Positions 9,242 to 19,119 of a stretch of DNA of 41,092 bases are shown here, one piece after another. Position numbers and translations under genes: made by a program. Positions within the stretch are counted from its first letter, which is position 1, and every line of letters starts with the position of its first letter. The stretch is from an uncultured Ruminococcus sp. (GTDB taxonomy: Bacteria; Bacillota; Clostridia; Oscillospirales; Ruminococcaceae), in assembly GCA_902766335.1 (NCBI GenBank), contig CACXDI010000148.1, positions 1 to 41,092 on the forward strand, written 5' to 3'. Below the pieces are notes generated by a model. It saw only the letters and a list, made by a program, of their open reading frames with translations. It was not told the origin of the DNA and made no database searches.

Positions 9242-11374
9242 ATGGCTGAATATTTTTATAATAACAATATAGCGACGATCATATTGTGCTTTCTGACTGT
9301 CGCGGTTTTTTTTCTTGCCTCGCTGATCAGGCGTGATACTCAGGTCATAAAAGGAAACTGTACGGTTTTATTGTATTCCTTCGTTGTGACCGCGTGCAGC
9401 GTTTCCGCAAGACTTAATTATCTCGAACACGGCTATACTGTTGTTATAGGCATGATCGTCACATTTGTTACAGCACTGATATTCGGCGCGTCAGCTTTCT
9501 TTCTGGGAAGAGATCTGATAAGAAGTAAAAAGCAGGGTATCAATCAGGTTTTTTCTTTCGATGAGAAGCTGAAAAAGCTTGCGGATAAAAAAGACAAAAA
9601 TGATAAAACCGGAAAGATCCCGTTTTTCAAGCGGGTGCTGTATATCATCGTCCCTGTGATCAGTCTGTCATATATGGTCACGGTGTTCGGCGTCTGTGAG
9701 ACTTTTTTTGCAAATCTTACGGATATGAATTTCGTGTTTTATGATTTCCTGAAGCCGATGCTCATTGTATTCCTTGCGTCAACGGTATTCATGACCTTGC
9801 TGGGAGCATTGATATTCAGAAGAGAAGGCTGCAAGGCTTTTGCGTCTTTTTTTGGTGCGATCTGCATACTTGCGTATATCCAGAATATTGCGTTCAATGA
9901 TAAAAAGATACTGGACGGATCGGCTTTCAACGTGAAATTCAACTGCGGAGTTTTCGGATTCGTTAATATGCTGATCTGGATAGCCGTGTGTACAGCACTT
10001 TTTATCCTGCTGAAAAGGTTCAGGGATATATATAAATATGTTATCGCCGCTTCCGGTCTTATACTTGTCATGCAGCTGGTGCCGCTTTTTGTAATGATAG
10101 CCAAGGCGCCGGACGATGCTTTGAAAAAAACGAACTGTAAGGTCTATTTGTGTGACGGAGCAGGTCAGTTTGAAATATCCAAAAATGAAAACGTTATGGT
10201 TTTTATCATGGATACCTTTTCCGCCAAGGATCTCAGTGATCTGATAAATAAAAATGAAGAATATAAGGAAAAGCTTTCTGATTTTGTTTTCTATGATAAC
10301 ATCGGCACCGAATCCTACTATACCTCTTTATCAGTGCCTTCTCTGATGACAGCAAAGGAAATAGATTATAGTATCCCGCTACAGGATGCGTATAAAAAAT
10401 GCTGGGAAAATCAGAACGCTGTTGATTTCTATAAAACGCTCCATGACGACGGCTATAATGTGAGATATTATACCGATACCCTCATCTATTCCGGCGGAGC
10501 AGAAAATATGATCGGCAAGATCGACAATATCAAAATGCAGGAATACAAGTACATTACGGAAAGTATGCCTACATACCGTGCTATGCTGAGGCTGTCGGAA
10601 TATAAGTACGCTCCTAATTTTATGAAGGTGCTGTTCATAGTGCAGGGGGCAAGCGAGCTGAATGCTTATACCAGCCCGCCTGATGAATATATCTATGACA
10701 CCCAGCAATGGTCTACATTTGCCGAGGATTCCCAGAGACAGGGGCTTGCGTATTATAATTATGATGTTTATAACGGGATAAAGGAAAGAACGACAGTATC
10801 CTCTGATGAAAAGCTTTTTACATTTATGCATACATGGGGAATGCACGAGCCTTACTACAGAGACGGAGATATAGATAATCACGATTTCCTTACCGCTGAG
10901 GAGGCGAGCGCATACTGCGTAGATATCCTGCTCGAGTATATGGATAGGCTCAAAGAAAACGGCTGCTATGAGAACAGTACTATAATATTGACTGCTGACC
11001 ACGGGGTACACGATGTTTATAAAAGCAGTCCGGTAATGCTTATCAAGCCTAAGGGCTACACCGCGGAGGAAATGACAGTCAATTCTGCACCCGGATTATT
11101 GCAGACTGATCTTCTTCCTACTCTGCTCGACATTATAGGCGAGGATCCTGAGAGCATCGGCACCTCTCTGCTGAGGCTCGATGAAGGAGCAGAGCGGACG
11201 CGGGTGATAATGGATCTTGAATATGACCGCAGCTTCCCGGAATGCCCCAAGACAGCTTCTTACGGCAGCTCCAGCTTCAACTGCTATACTAAGTATCAAT
11301 ATACCGGACGTGTGGGTGACAGCTCGGTTTATGTAAAGGAAGGACAGTACCCCATATCAGATTATTGGTGGTAA
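9242..11374 (+). CDS. Multi-TM alkaline-phosphatase-superfamily (LtaS/sulfatase-like) transferase
   Basis: About eight N-terminal TM segments, then VMVFIMDTF, YYTSLSVPSLMT (Thr nucleophile position), HEPY and IILTADHG. Confidence 0.75.
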   Translation: MAEYFYNNNIATIILCFLTVAVFFLASLIRRDTQVIKGNCTVLLYSFVVTACSVSARLNYLEHGYTVVIGMIVTFVTALIFGASAFFLGRDLIRSKKQGINQVFSFDEKLKKLADKKDKNDKTGKIPFFKRVLYIIVPVISLSYMVTVFGVCETFFANLTDMNFVFYDFLKPMLIVFLASTVFMTLLGALIFRREGCKAFASFFGAICILAYIQNIAFNDKKILDGSAFNVKFNCGVFGFVNMLIWIAVCTALFILLKRFRDIYKYVIAASGLILVMQLVPLFVMIAKAPDDALKKTNCKVYLCDGAGQFEISKNENVMVFIMDTFSAKDLSDLINKNEEYKEKLSDFVFYDNIGTESYYTSLSVPSLMTAKEIDYSIPLQDAYKKCWENQNAVDFYKTLHDDGYNVRYYTDTLIYSGGAENMIGKIDNIKMQEYKYITESMPTYRAMLRLSEYKYAPNFMKVLFIVQGASELNAYTSPPDEYIYDTQQWSTFAEDSQRQGLAYYNYDVYNGIKERTTVSSDEKLFTFMHTWGMHEPYYRDGDIDNHDFLTAEEASAYCVDILLEYMDRLKENGCYENSTIILTADHGVHDVYKSSPVMLIKPKGYTAEEMTVNSAPGLLQTDLLPTLLDIIGEDPESIGTSLLRLDEGAERTRVIMDLEYDRSFPECPKTASYGSSSFNCYTKYQYTGRVGDSSVYVKEGQYPISDYWW

Positions 11375-11392
11375 GATCGGAGAAGAGCAATA

Positions 11393-13291
11393 ATGGAATA
11401 TTTATACAGTTTTCTTAGAAAACTTATGGAGTTTTGTGCTTCGCTTACTGATATATATCCTATTATTATGATCGTGTTTACTTTTTTTACAAAGATCATT
11501 CTTTTGCCGATCAGTATATGGGCACAGTATAACGGTATCAAGATAGTTAAGATGTCGCCGAAGCTGCTTGATATAAAGATACGCTATTTCGGTGATAAGG
11601 ATACGATCAACGAAAAGACCGCGGCACTTTATAAGGCTGAGAAATACCACCCGTTTTTAAGTATCATACCGGTGGCGGCTCAGTTTACTATCCTTCTGGG
11701 AGTTATAGAGATCGTCAAGGTGCCAGAGCAGTCGGGGTTGACAGCCGAAAAGCTTATCTTTATGAACATAGACCACAGCAAGATCGCCGCAGAAGTAGGC
11801 GGGTGGTATATCCTGTTCCCGATATTTGCGGCGCTTTCCTCGCTTCTTTTGTGCCATTGTCAGAACAAAGCTCAGGTGCTTCAGTCGCAGCAGGGGAATA
11901 TAAATAAATACGGCATACTGATCTTTTCTACTCTGTTATCTCTTTATCTCGGTTTTTTTGTACGCTGCTCAATAACCCTTTACTGGATCGCAAGCAATAT
12001 TTTCAGCATTATCCAGATGTATATCCTGAATTGGGCGATCGATCCTAAAAAGTCTATAGATTTTGAAGCGCTGAAGCAGAAAAGCGAGGAATATGAAAAA
12101 ATGACAGCCGCCGGGAATAATCTTACCCGCGAGCAGATAAAACGTCAGAATGCAGATTACAAAAGATTCTTTTCTATCGCCAACAAGCATCTGGTATTCT
12201 ATTCCGAAAAGAAGGGCTTTTACAAGTATTATAAGCGTCAGATAGAATGGCTGCTGGATCATTCAAATATAGTGATACACTATGTGACCAGCGATCCTGA
12301 TGACGTTGTATTTGAAATGTCAAAGACAAATGACAGATTCAAGACGTATTTTATCGGTCAGAAAAAGCTGATAACCTTGTTTATGAAAATGGATGCCGAT
12401 ATATTATTGACAACCACTACTGATCTGGGAAATTACTATCTTAAACGAAGCTATGTGCGCAAGGATGTGGAATATATCTATTCCGTTCATTCGCTCACCA
12501 GCTTTAATCTGACGCTTAGAAAAAAAGCGCTGGATAATTATGATACTATCTTCTGTCCTACCAGACAGAATTACCTGGAAGTGAGGGCGCGTGAAAAGCA
12601 GTGCTCGCTGCCGGAAAAGAATCTGCTGGAGGTAGGCTACGGCAATCTTGAGGATCTTGCGGAGACCTACGAAAAATATAAGGAAAGCCATTACAAGAAC
12701 GAACGTATGACGGCGCTGATCGCACCCTCATATCAGATAGATAACATTCTTGACAGCTGTCTGGATAATGTCGTCGGTGCGCTGACAGAGCTCGGGTGCG
12801 TATGTATAATCCGTCCGCATCCCCAGTATATCCGCAGAAAACCTCAGCAGTGGGAGGAAATAGAAAACAAATACCGGGATGATGAAAACGTGGTGCTGGA
12901 ATCCGATTTCTCGTCGAATGACACTATTCTCCGCGCCGATCTCGTTGTGTCCGACTGGTCAAGCATATCGTATGAATATGTTTTCTCCACCTTGCGTCCC
13001 TGTCTGTTTATTGATACGCCGATGAAAGCTATCAATCCGGATCACGAGGAGATAGATGTTGTCCCCCTTGATAAAATGCTCAGAAATGTGGTAGGCAGGT
13101 CAGCTCCTCCCGAGGATAAGCAGGCTATAAAGGAAGCTGCTTCGTATCTGATCGAGCATTACTCTGAATACCACGATATCCTTGAGAAGACCCGCAGCGA
13201 GACGGTTTATAATTTCATGAAAAGCGCTGAGATCGGCGGAAATTATATCCTCTCACAGCTGATAAAAAGAAAAAATGGAGGAAATACATAA
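11393..13291 (+). CDS. YidC/Oxa1 insertase domain fused to a CDP-glycerol glycerophosphotransferase (TagB/TagF-like) domain
   Basis: N-terminal KIILLPISIW..PKL..IK..LYK..PF..Q..LYWIASNIFSIIQ (YidC); C-terminal HS, VGYG, LIAPSY, RPHP, SDWSSISYEY, RPCLF (TagF fold). Confidence 0.85.
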   Translation: MEYLYSFLRKLMEFCASLTDIYPIIMIVFTFFTKIILLPISIWAQYNGIKIVKMSPKLLDIKIRYFGDKDTINEKTAALYKAEKYHPFLSIIPVAAQFTILLGVIEIVKVPEQSGLTAEKLIFMNIDHSKIAAEVGGWYILFPIFAALSSLLLCHCQNKAQVLQSQQGNINKYGILIFSTLLSLYLGFFVRCSITLYWIASNIFSIIQMYILNWAIDPKKSIDFEALKQKSEEYEKMTAAGNNLTREQIKRQNADYKRFFSIANKHLVFYSEKKGFYKYYKRQIEWLLDHSNIVIHYVTSDPDDVVFEMSKTNDRFKTYFIGQKKLITLFMKMDADILLTTTTDLGNYYLKRSYVRKDVEYIYSVHSLTSFNLTLRKKALDNYDTIFCPTRQNYLEVRAREKQCSLPEKNLLEVGYGNLEDLAETYEKYKESHYKNERMTALIAPSYQIDNILDSCLDNVVGALTELGCVCIIRPHPQYIRRKPQQWEEIENKYRDDENVVLESDFSSNDTILRADLVVSDWSSISYEYVFSTLRPCLFIDTPMKAINPDHEEIDVVPLDKMLRNVVGRSAPPEDKQAIKEAASYLIEHYSEYHDILEKTRSETVYNFMKSAEIGGNYILSQLIKRKNGGNT

Positions 13292-13572
13292 TGTTTATGG
13301 ATCACATTTCAACACTTTCAGCAGAACTGTCATTATTTGCCGCTTTTCACGGCGAACGTGTCAGAACATACCTTGACCCGTCAGCAGTAACCTTTACCTT
13401 ACAGCTTATCGTCGGAGTGGTGGTTGCCGCAGGCGCAGCAGTGGGTATCATTATTTCAAAGCTCAAGAAAAAAGCCAAGGACAAGCTTGGCATAGACCTC
13501 GAAAAGAAGAAGGAAGTCGAGGACGATATAGTGGTCTATAATGATGACCAGAATGGCGAAAACAATAATTGA
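13291..13572 (+). CDS. Small single-TM membrane protein with YLDP motif and charged tail
   Basis: TAATG overlap with the upstream stop, RBS ggagga; YLDPS then a hydrophobic helix and KLKKKAK. Confidence 0.75.
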   Translation: MFMDHISTLSAELSLFAAFHGERVRTYLDPSAVTFTLQLIVGVVVAAGAAVGIIISKLKKKAKDKLGIDLEKKKEVEDDIVVYNDDQNGENNN

Positions 13573-13590
13573 TATTTGAGATCAAATAGC

Positions 13591-13626
13591 AGGAGCCTTG
13601 CTCCCGGTTTGGGGCAAGGCTCTTTT
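13591..13626. terminator. Intrinsic terminator between convergent genes
   Basis: gagccttgctcc / ggggcaaggctc stem followed by tttt. Confidence 0.8.
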
Positions 13627-13643
13627 GTTATGCCGTGTTGCTT

Positions 13644-14504
13644 TTAGAATATCGCTACTACTGCGCCGTCATATTCCTTCTCGATGAACTGCTTTACATC
13701 GTCGGTCTTGAGGGCGTCTATCAGCGCCTTTGTCTTTTCGTTCTGCTCCTCGCCCTTGCGGACTGCGATGATGTTGGCGTAGGTGTGAGCCGCGTCGCCG
13801 TCTGCGTTCTCTACTGCGAGAGCGGTCTTTATATCAAGGCCAGCCGCCAGAGCGTAGTTGCCGTTGATGACTGCCAGCGAGCCTTCGTCGGAGTTGCCGA
13901 ACTGAGCCGCTACCGTGTCAGCCTGAACGGTGGTGATCGTGTAGCCGCCGTCATCGACGATATCAAGGGTGGTGACGCCCTTCTCTGCTGAAGCGTCGTC
14001 GGGGAGCTTTATCAGACCCTCCTGCTGTAACAGCAGCAGAGCTCTTGTCTCGTTGCTGTCGTCGGCGGGGATAACTATGCTCGCACCTGCCTTAACGTCG
14101 GCAAGGGAGGTAACGCCGTTGCCGTAAAGTCCGAAGGGCTCGTAGTGTATCTCGGCAGCGCTTGCAAGATCGGTGCCGTTCTCGGCGTTGTAGCTGTTGA
14201 GGTAAGGCGTGTGCTGGAAGTAGTTGGCGTCAAGCTCGCCGTCGGTCAGAGCCTTGTTGGGCAGAACGTAGTCATCGTAGATCTTGATGTCGAGAGTCCA
14301 GCCCTTTTCCTCAAGCACCGGCTTGATGTGCTCGAGTATCTCGCCGTGAGGAGTGGAGGTAGCGCCTACCACAATGGTCTTGTCGGCGGCATCTGCCTTT
14401 GAGCCCTGGGTCTTGTCCGAAGCCTTGGTGCTGTTGCAGCCTGTAAGTGCAAATGCTGCAAGTGTGAATGCGATAGCGGTGGATATTATTCTGTTCTTTT
14501 TCAT
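13644..14504 (-). CDS. metQ: MetQ/NlpA-family ABC substrate-binding lipoprotein
   Basis: Lipobox LTGC; DYVLPN, DANYFQHTPYL, NETRALLLL, INGNYA; start at 14504 behind RBS aaggag. Confidence 0.93.
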   Translation of the reverse strand: MKKNRIISTAIAFTLAAFALTGCNSTKASDKTQGSKADAADKTIVVGATSTPHGEILEHIKPVLEEKGWTLDIKIYDDYVLPNKALTDGELDANYFQHTPYLNSYNAENGTDLASAAEIHYEPFGLYGNGVTSLADVKAGASIVIPADDSNETRALLLLQQEGLIKLPDDASAEKGVTTLDIVDDGGYTITTVQADTVAAQFGNSDEGSLAVINGNYALAAGLDIKTALAVENADGDAAHTYANIIAVRKGEEQNEKTKALIDALKTDDVKQFIEKEYDGAVVAIF

Positions 14505-14642
14505 TTTAAAAACTCCTTTATCATAAATTACTGTTTGTCTCTGAATGCCGGTGTCATACATCGCAGCATTCGCCCGAACCTGTAATTTATCCGAAGAAGC
14601 TCGGTGAATCTTAGTGTCATTTTTCATCTTTCCTTTTTTATT

Positions 14643-15317
14643 TCAAGCTGTTCGCTTGTCTGTTTTTCCTGCGATCCGCATACCAAATTCCTGTATCAGC
14701 TGAACTATGATGATAGTCAGCGCCACGCAGATCCATACTATCTCGCTGTTGAAGCGCTGATAGCCGTAGGTTATGGCGATCATTCCCAGTCCGCCGCCGC
14801 CGATCGTTCCCGCCATAGCGGAGTAGCCGAGTATCGTCACCAGCGAGATCACAGCGCCCACGATAAGCGCAGGCTTGGCTTCGGGGATAAGCACCTTCCT
14901 GATTATGTCAAGCTCGCTCGCTCCCATGGACTGCGCTGCTTCGATAACCCCCTTGTCCACCTCTTTCACCGATGACTCCACCATGCGTGCCACGTAGGGT
15001 ATCGCCGCAAGCACCAGCGTCACTATCATCGCCTTGTTGCCGAGGCTTGTGCCAACTATCAGCTTTGCCGCGGGCAGCACGGCTACCATAAGTATGATGA
15101 AGGGTATGCTGCGGAAGATGTTCACCAGTACGTCGAGTATCCGGTTGAGCCATGTTACCGGGCGGATACCGTCCTTTGAGGTGACGCATATCAGTACGCC
15201 CAGCGGCAGTCCGAAGAGGTAGGCGAAGAATGTGGAAATAAAGGTCATGTAGACCGTCTCCCAGATACCCAGCTGTAAAATACCGTTATCCCACAGCTTT
15301 TGAAGCATCTCCGACAT
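14643..15317 (-). CDS. metI: Methionine ABC transporter permease
   Basis: RSIPFIIL, EAAQSMGA, GYSAMAGTIGGGGLG; start at 15317 behind RBS ggagg. Confidence 0.93.
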   Translation of the reverse strand: MSEMLQKLWDNGILQLGIWETVYMTFISTFFAYLFGLPLGVLICVTSKDGIRPVTWLNRILDVLVNIFRSIPFIILMVAVLPAAKLIVGTSLGNKAMIVTLVLAAIPYVARMVESSVKEVDKGVIEAAQSMGASELDIIRKVLIPEAKPALIVGAVISLVTILGYSAMAGTIGGGGLGMIAITYGYQRFNSEIVWICVALTIIIVQLIQEFGMRIAGKTDKRTA

Positions 15318-16317
15318 TTTCCGCACCTCCTTCAAGCACCGTGTATGCTATGTTGTTCGCTTTCAGATAATTGCGCACTCTTGAAGCCGAGCGGCTGTCC
15401 TCGGGGAGCTGTAAGATCATCTCGCCGTAAGCCCTGCCCTCGATGTCCTTTGTCTGCGCGTAGAGTATGTTCAGCGGCACGCCGCTTGCAAGCACGATGT
15501 TCGACAGCAGGGGACTGAATGAGCTTTCGCCGTTGTAAATCAGCCGGATACGCTCGCCGCCTGTAATGCTCTCCACCGTTTTCAGCTCGGGTAGTATCAG
15601 CTTCTTGGCGATGTCCGACTTGGGCTCTGCAAAGACCTCTGCCACGTCGCCCACCTCGGTGACTACGCTGCTGTCCATGACTGCCACGCGGTCACATATC
15701 GAGTCGATGACCTTCATCTCGTGGGTTATGACTACTATCGTCACGTCCAGCTTTTTGTTGATATCCCGCATAAGCTCCAGTATCGAGCGTGTAGTGTCTG
15801 GATCCAGAGCGCTTGTGGCTTCGTCGCAGAGAAGGTATTTCGGCTCGGGAGCAAGCGCCCGTGCGATAGCGACTCTCTGCTTCTGACCGCCCGAAAGCTG
15901 CGACGGGTAAGCTTTTTCCTTATCGGAAAGCCCCACGAGCTGGAGCAGCTCCCGCGCACGCTTTTCCGCGTCAGCCTTCGGCACACCCGCTATCTCCAGA
16001 GGAAAGCATATGTTTTTCAGCACCGTCCTCTGCTCCAGCAGATTGAAGCCCTGGAAGATCATGCCGATATTCCGGCGGAGCTTTAACAGCTCCTTCTTTT
16101 TCAGTTTTCCAAGCTCGCTGCCGTCGATGATGACATGACCGCCGGTAGGCTTTTCAAGGAAGTTTATGCAGCGTACCAGCGTTGACTTGCCTGCCCCCGA
16201 AAGTCCGATGATACCGAAGATCTCACCGTCATTAATTGTAAGACTCACGTTGTTTAGAGCAGCAAATTCGCTTTTCTTTGTCTTGTATATTTTACTGATG
16301 TTTTTAAGCTCGATCAT
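15286..16317 (-). CDS. metN: Methionine ABC transporter ATPase with NIL domain
   Basis: GLSGAGKS, LSGGQKQR, LLCDEATSALDP, C-terminal NIL-like region. Confidence 0.94.
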   Translation of the reverse strand: MIELKNISKIYKTKKSEFAALNNVSLTINDGEIFGIIGLSGAGKSTLVRCINFLEKPTGGHVIIDGSELGKLKKKELLKLRRNIGMIFQGFNLLEQRTVLKNICFPLEIAGVPKADAEKRARELLQLVGLSDKEKAYPSQLSGGQKQRVAIARALAPEPKYLLCDEATSALDPDTTRSILELMRDINKKLDVTIVVITHEMKVIDSICDRVAVMDSSVVTEVGDVAEVFAEPKSDIAKKLILPELKTVESITGGERIRLIYNGESSFSPLLSNIVLASGVPLNILYAQTKDIEGRAYGEMILQLPEDSRSASRVRNYLKANNIAYTVLEGGAENVGDASKAVG

Positions 16318-16360
16318 ATTTGCCGCTCCTTTCTCTCGAATCCCTATCGGGTATGTATGA

Positions 16361-16389
16361 ATTATAGCACATATATCCTACCGAGTCAA
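16361..16389 (-). promoter_or_regulatory. SigmaA promoter of metNIQ
   Basis: TTGACT (16384-16389)-17 bp-TATAAT (16361-16366) with TG extension. Confidence 0.8.
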
Positions 16390-16464
16390 TAGGAAATATT
16401 AGACAAACATTTATCAACACTTCCGGTGTATCGTTGTGCAAATGATAAAATGTGATAAAACCTA

Positions 16465-16493
16465 TTGACATAGTATGAAATGTGTGCTATAAT
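16465..16493 (+). promoter_or_regulatory. Consensus sigmaA promoter of the ligase-suf-rrf2-metA operon
   Basis: TTGACA (16465-16470)-17 bp-TATAAT (16488-16493) with TG extension. Confidence 0.85.
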
Positions 16494-16546
16494 AATTAAA
16501 AACCATAGTGCATAGATAGGAATTTACTCAAACGGAGCGTGATCCT

Positions 16547-17932
16547 GTGAAAAAAGAAATGCTAAATGAAGCTATTTATAATAAGTATATATTACCCACC
16601 CAAAAAAAACGCAGCGATTCTATAGGTATAGAGATAGAACTGCCGGTAGTCGGTCTTTCGGGCGAGGCTGTCAGCGAGGAAAGCGTAATATCCGCTTCCG
16701 ACAGCTTCCGGGAGCATTTCGGCTTTGAAAGCTCGGCAAGGGACGACAACGGAGATGTCAACTCTATGACCGATAAGCGGACGGGGGATAACCTTTCCTT
16801 TGACTGCTCCTATTCCAATCTGGAGCTTTCCTTCGGAAAATGTGATGATCTCAACGAGATATACAGACGCTTTGAGATATACTATAAATATCTTCAGGGC
16901 GAGTTGCAGAGCAGGGGACTTACTCTTACGGGTATGGGCATAAATCCCAACTACGATATAAACCATAATTCCCCCGTGCCGAATGAGCGCTACAGAATGC
17001 TTTATCATTATCTGCATACATATAAAAGGTATGAGGGCACGATAGATATGAGCTTCCACAGACGCCCCGACTTCGGCACCTTCACCAGCGCCTCTCAGGT
17101 GCAGCTTGACGTAAAGCACGATGAGCTCATTGACACGCTGAATGTGTTCACTATGCTGGAGCCATACAAGGCGGTGCTGTTTGCAAACTCATACCTGCCG
17201 GAATATCCCGAGTATCTGTGTGCCCGGAATATGCTGTGGGAGCACAGTATGCAGGGATACAATCCGCACAATGTGGGAATGTTCGGCAGCAGGCTGGGCA
17301 GTATCGACGAGTTTATCGAGTACATAAAGTCGCAGTCGGTATACTGTACCATGCGCGGCGGCAGATATATAGATTTCAAGCCCACGGCGGTCAGGGAGTA
17401 TTTTTCGCTGGATAAGGTAGAGGGCGAGTACTTCGACGGCTCCGGTTATAACAGCACACTGTTCACACCCGATGAGGGCGATCTGGAATATCTTCGCACC
17501 TTTAAGTTTGAGGATCTTACCTTCCGCGGCACTATCGAATACCGCAGCTCCTGCACTCAGCCGATAAAGGACGTCATGACAGTTGCGGCATTCCACACGG
17601 GGCTGTCCGACAGGCTGGGCGAGCTTTCCGAGCTTATAGACAGTGACCGCACGATATATTCTCACGACTACACCGCCGCTGAATTGCAGGATATGCTCTC
17701 AAAGCGTGAGCTGCCCGGGTTTATAGACCGAAAGGGTCTGACGGCACAGCTTGTACGCATACTGGACATCGCGGCAGAGGGTCTGAAGCAAAGGCACAAG
17801 GGCGAGGAAGTGTTCTTAGCCCCGCTTTACGAGCGTGCCGAAAGGCTTACAAACCCCGCGCGGGAGATGATAAAAGCCGTAGAAAGCGGCACGCCGATCA
17901 TGAGCTTTGTGGAAAAATACGCGGCGATATGA
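16547..17932 (+). CDS. Glutamate-cysteine ligase family 2 (GCS2/EgtA-like) carboxylate-amine ligase
   Basis: IGIEIE, NLELS, ERY, TSASQVQLD, PYKAVLFANS, IEYRSSCTQP; GTG start. Confidence 0.75.
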   Translation: MKKEMLNEAIYNKYILPTQKKRSDSIGIEIELPVVGLSGEAVSEESVISASDSFREHFGFESSARDDNGDVNSMTDKRTGDNLSFDCSYSNLELSFGKCDDLNEIYRRFEIYYKYLQGELQSRGLTLTGMGINPNYDINHNSPVPNERYRMLYHYLHTYKRYEGTIDMSFHRRPDFGTFTSASQVQLDVKHDELIDTLNVFTMLEPYKAVLFANSYLPEYPEYLCARNMLWEHSMQGYNPHNVGMFGSRLGSIDEFIEYIKSQSVYCTMRGGRYIDFKPTAVREYFSLDKVEGEYFDGSGYNSTLFTPDEGDLEYLRTFKFEDLTFRGTIEYRSSCTQPIKDVMTVAAFHTGLSDRLGELSELIDSDRTIYSHDYTAAELQDMLSKRELPGFIDRKGLTAQLVRILDIAAEGLKQRHKGEEVFLAPLYERAERLTNPAREMIKAVESGTPIMSFVEKYAAI

Positions 17933-17955
17933 CTTCTCTAAAAGGAACTGATGAT

Positions 17956-19107
17956 ATGAACAACGATTTGTTTTACAAGGGCAGTTTTGGTCTTGAGCGT
18001 GAGACTCTGCGTGTAGACAGCAGCGGCAGACTCGCGCAGACTCCTCACCCCTTTGCGGACAGCGAGAATATCACGAGAGATTTCTGCGAAAACCAGATCG
18101 AGCTGATAACGCCTGTCTGTAAAAGCGTCGGCGAAGTGATGACCGAGCTGGAAAAGCTGGACAGAAGGGTGAGCGAGGAGCTTGCCAAAAACGGCGAGCG
18201 GCTGTGGCTCTACTCAAACCCGCCGTATTTTGAGAGCGAGAATGAGATCCCGGTAGCCGATTTTACAGGCGAGCACTCGGGCAAGCGAAGATACAGAGAC
18301 CTGCTGGAGCGGCGCTACGGCAAGCGGCTTATGCTCTTTTCGGGCATACATTTCAATTTCTCCTTCGACGAAGAGTACCTGAAAACGCTGTACAGCGGCG
18401 ATAATTTTGAGGGCTGGAGAAATGAATATTACCTCAGGCTTTACAAGCAGCTGAGCGTTCACAGCTGGCTGCCGCTGCTGCTTACAGCCGCAAGCCCCAT
18501 ATATGACCGATCGCTGGACACCGAAGGCGGTCACGGCTGTACCGTCAGCAGATACGGGTCTATGCGCAGCAGCGAAAGAGGCTACTGGAACGATTTTCTG
18601 CCGGTGCTCAGATATGATTCGCTGGAGGATCATATCGGCAGCATAAGGGAATATGTTGACAAGGGACTGCTGTTTTCGGCAAGCGAGCTGTATCTTCCGG
18701 TAAGGCTCAAGCCCAGGGGCGTAAACAGCATCGAGAGCTTCAAAAACGGCATATCTCACATAGAGCTGAGAATGTTCGATCTTGAGCCGTCCAAGCCGCT
18801 GGGAATAGATGAAAATGATCTTGAATTTGCCCACTACCTGATAATGTATCTCTCGGCGAAGGAGGACTTTGAGTACACTCCCGAGATGCAGGAGCAGGCG
18901 GTCAGGGATCACAAAAATGCGGCGCTGCTGGATCTTGAGGGCGTAAGCATAGGCGGCGTGCCGATACGCAAAAGGGCAGAGCAGATACTTGACGATATCG
19001 CTGAGTTTCTTGATGATGCTCACGTCCGTGAGATCATCGCCTATGAGAAACAAAAGCTGAACAACAGACCTTGTGAAAGGATCTTAAACCAGAAAATATG
19101 CGGGTAA
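17956..19107 (+). CDS. gshA: GshA-type glutamate-cysteine ligase (stand-alone; no GshF ATP-grasp domain)
   Basis: FGLERETLRV, DFCENQIELITP, YGKRLMLFSGIHFNFS, ELYLPVRLK, HIELRMFDL; start at 17956 behind aaagga. Confidence 0.8.
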   Translation: MNNDLFYKGSFGLERETLRVDSSGRLAQTPHPFADSENITRDFCENQIELITPVCKSVGEVMTELEKLDRRVSEELAKNGERLWLYSNPPYFESENEIPVADFTGEHSGKRRYRDLLERRYGKRLMLFSGIHFNFSFDEEYLKTLYSGDNFEGWRNEYYLRLYKQLSVHSWLPLLLTAASPIYDRSLDTEGGHGCTVSRYGSMRSSERGYWNDFLPVLRYDSLEDHIGSIREYVDKGLLFSASELYLPVRLKPRGVNSIESFKNGISHIELRMFDLEPSKPLGIDENDLEFAHYLIMYLSAKEDFEYTPEMQEQAVRDHKNAALLDLEGVSIGGVPIRKRAEQILDDIAEFLDDAHVREIIAYEKQKLNNRPCERILNQKICG

Positions 19108-19119
19108 GAGGGTGACGTA

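Larger units (their letters stand above)
16343..16520. promoter_or_regulatory. Four C[CA]TA-N9-TA[GT]G operator boxes over the divergent promoters
   Basis: cctatcgggtatgtatg 16343-16359, cctaccgagtcaatagg 16377-16393, cctattgacatagtatg 16461-16477, catagtgcatagatagg 16504-16520. Confidence 0.65.

Noticed and set aside
16441-16460. tgataaaa tandem as another LacI operator
   Set aside because: Only a half-site match with no central CG or palindromy.
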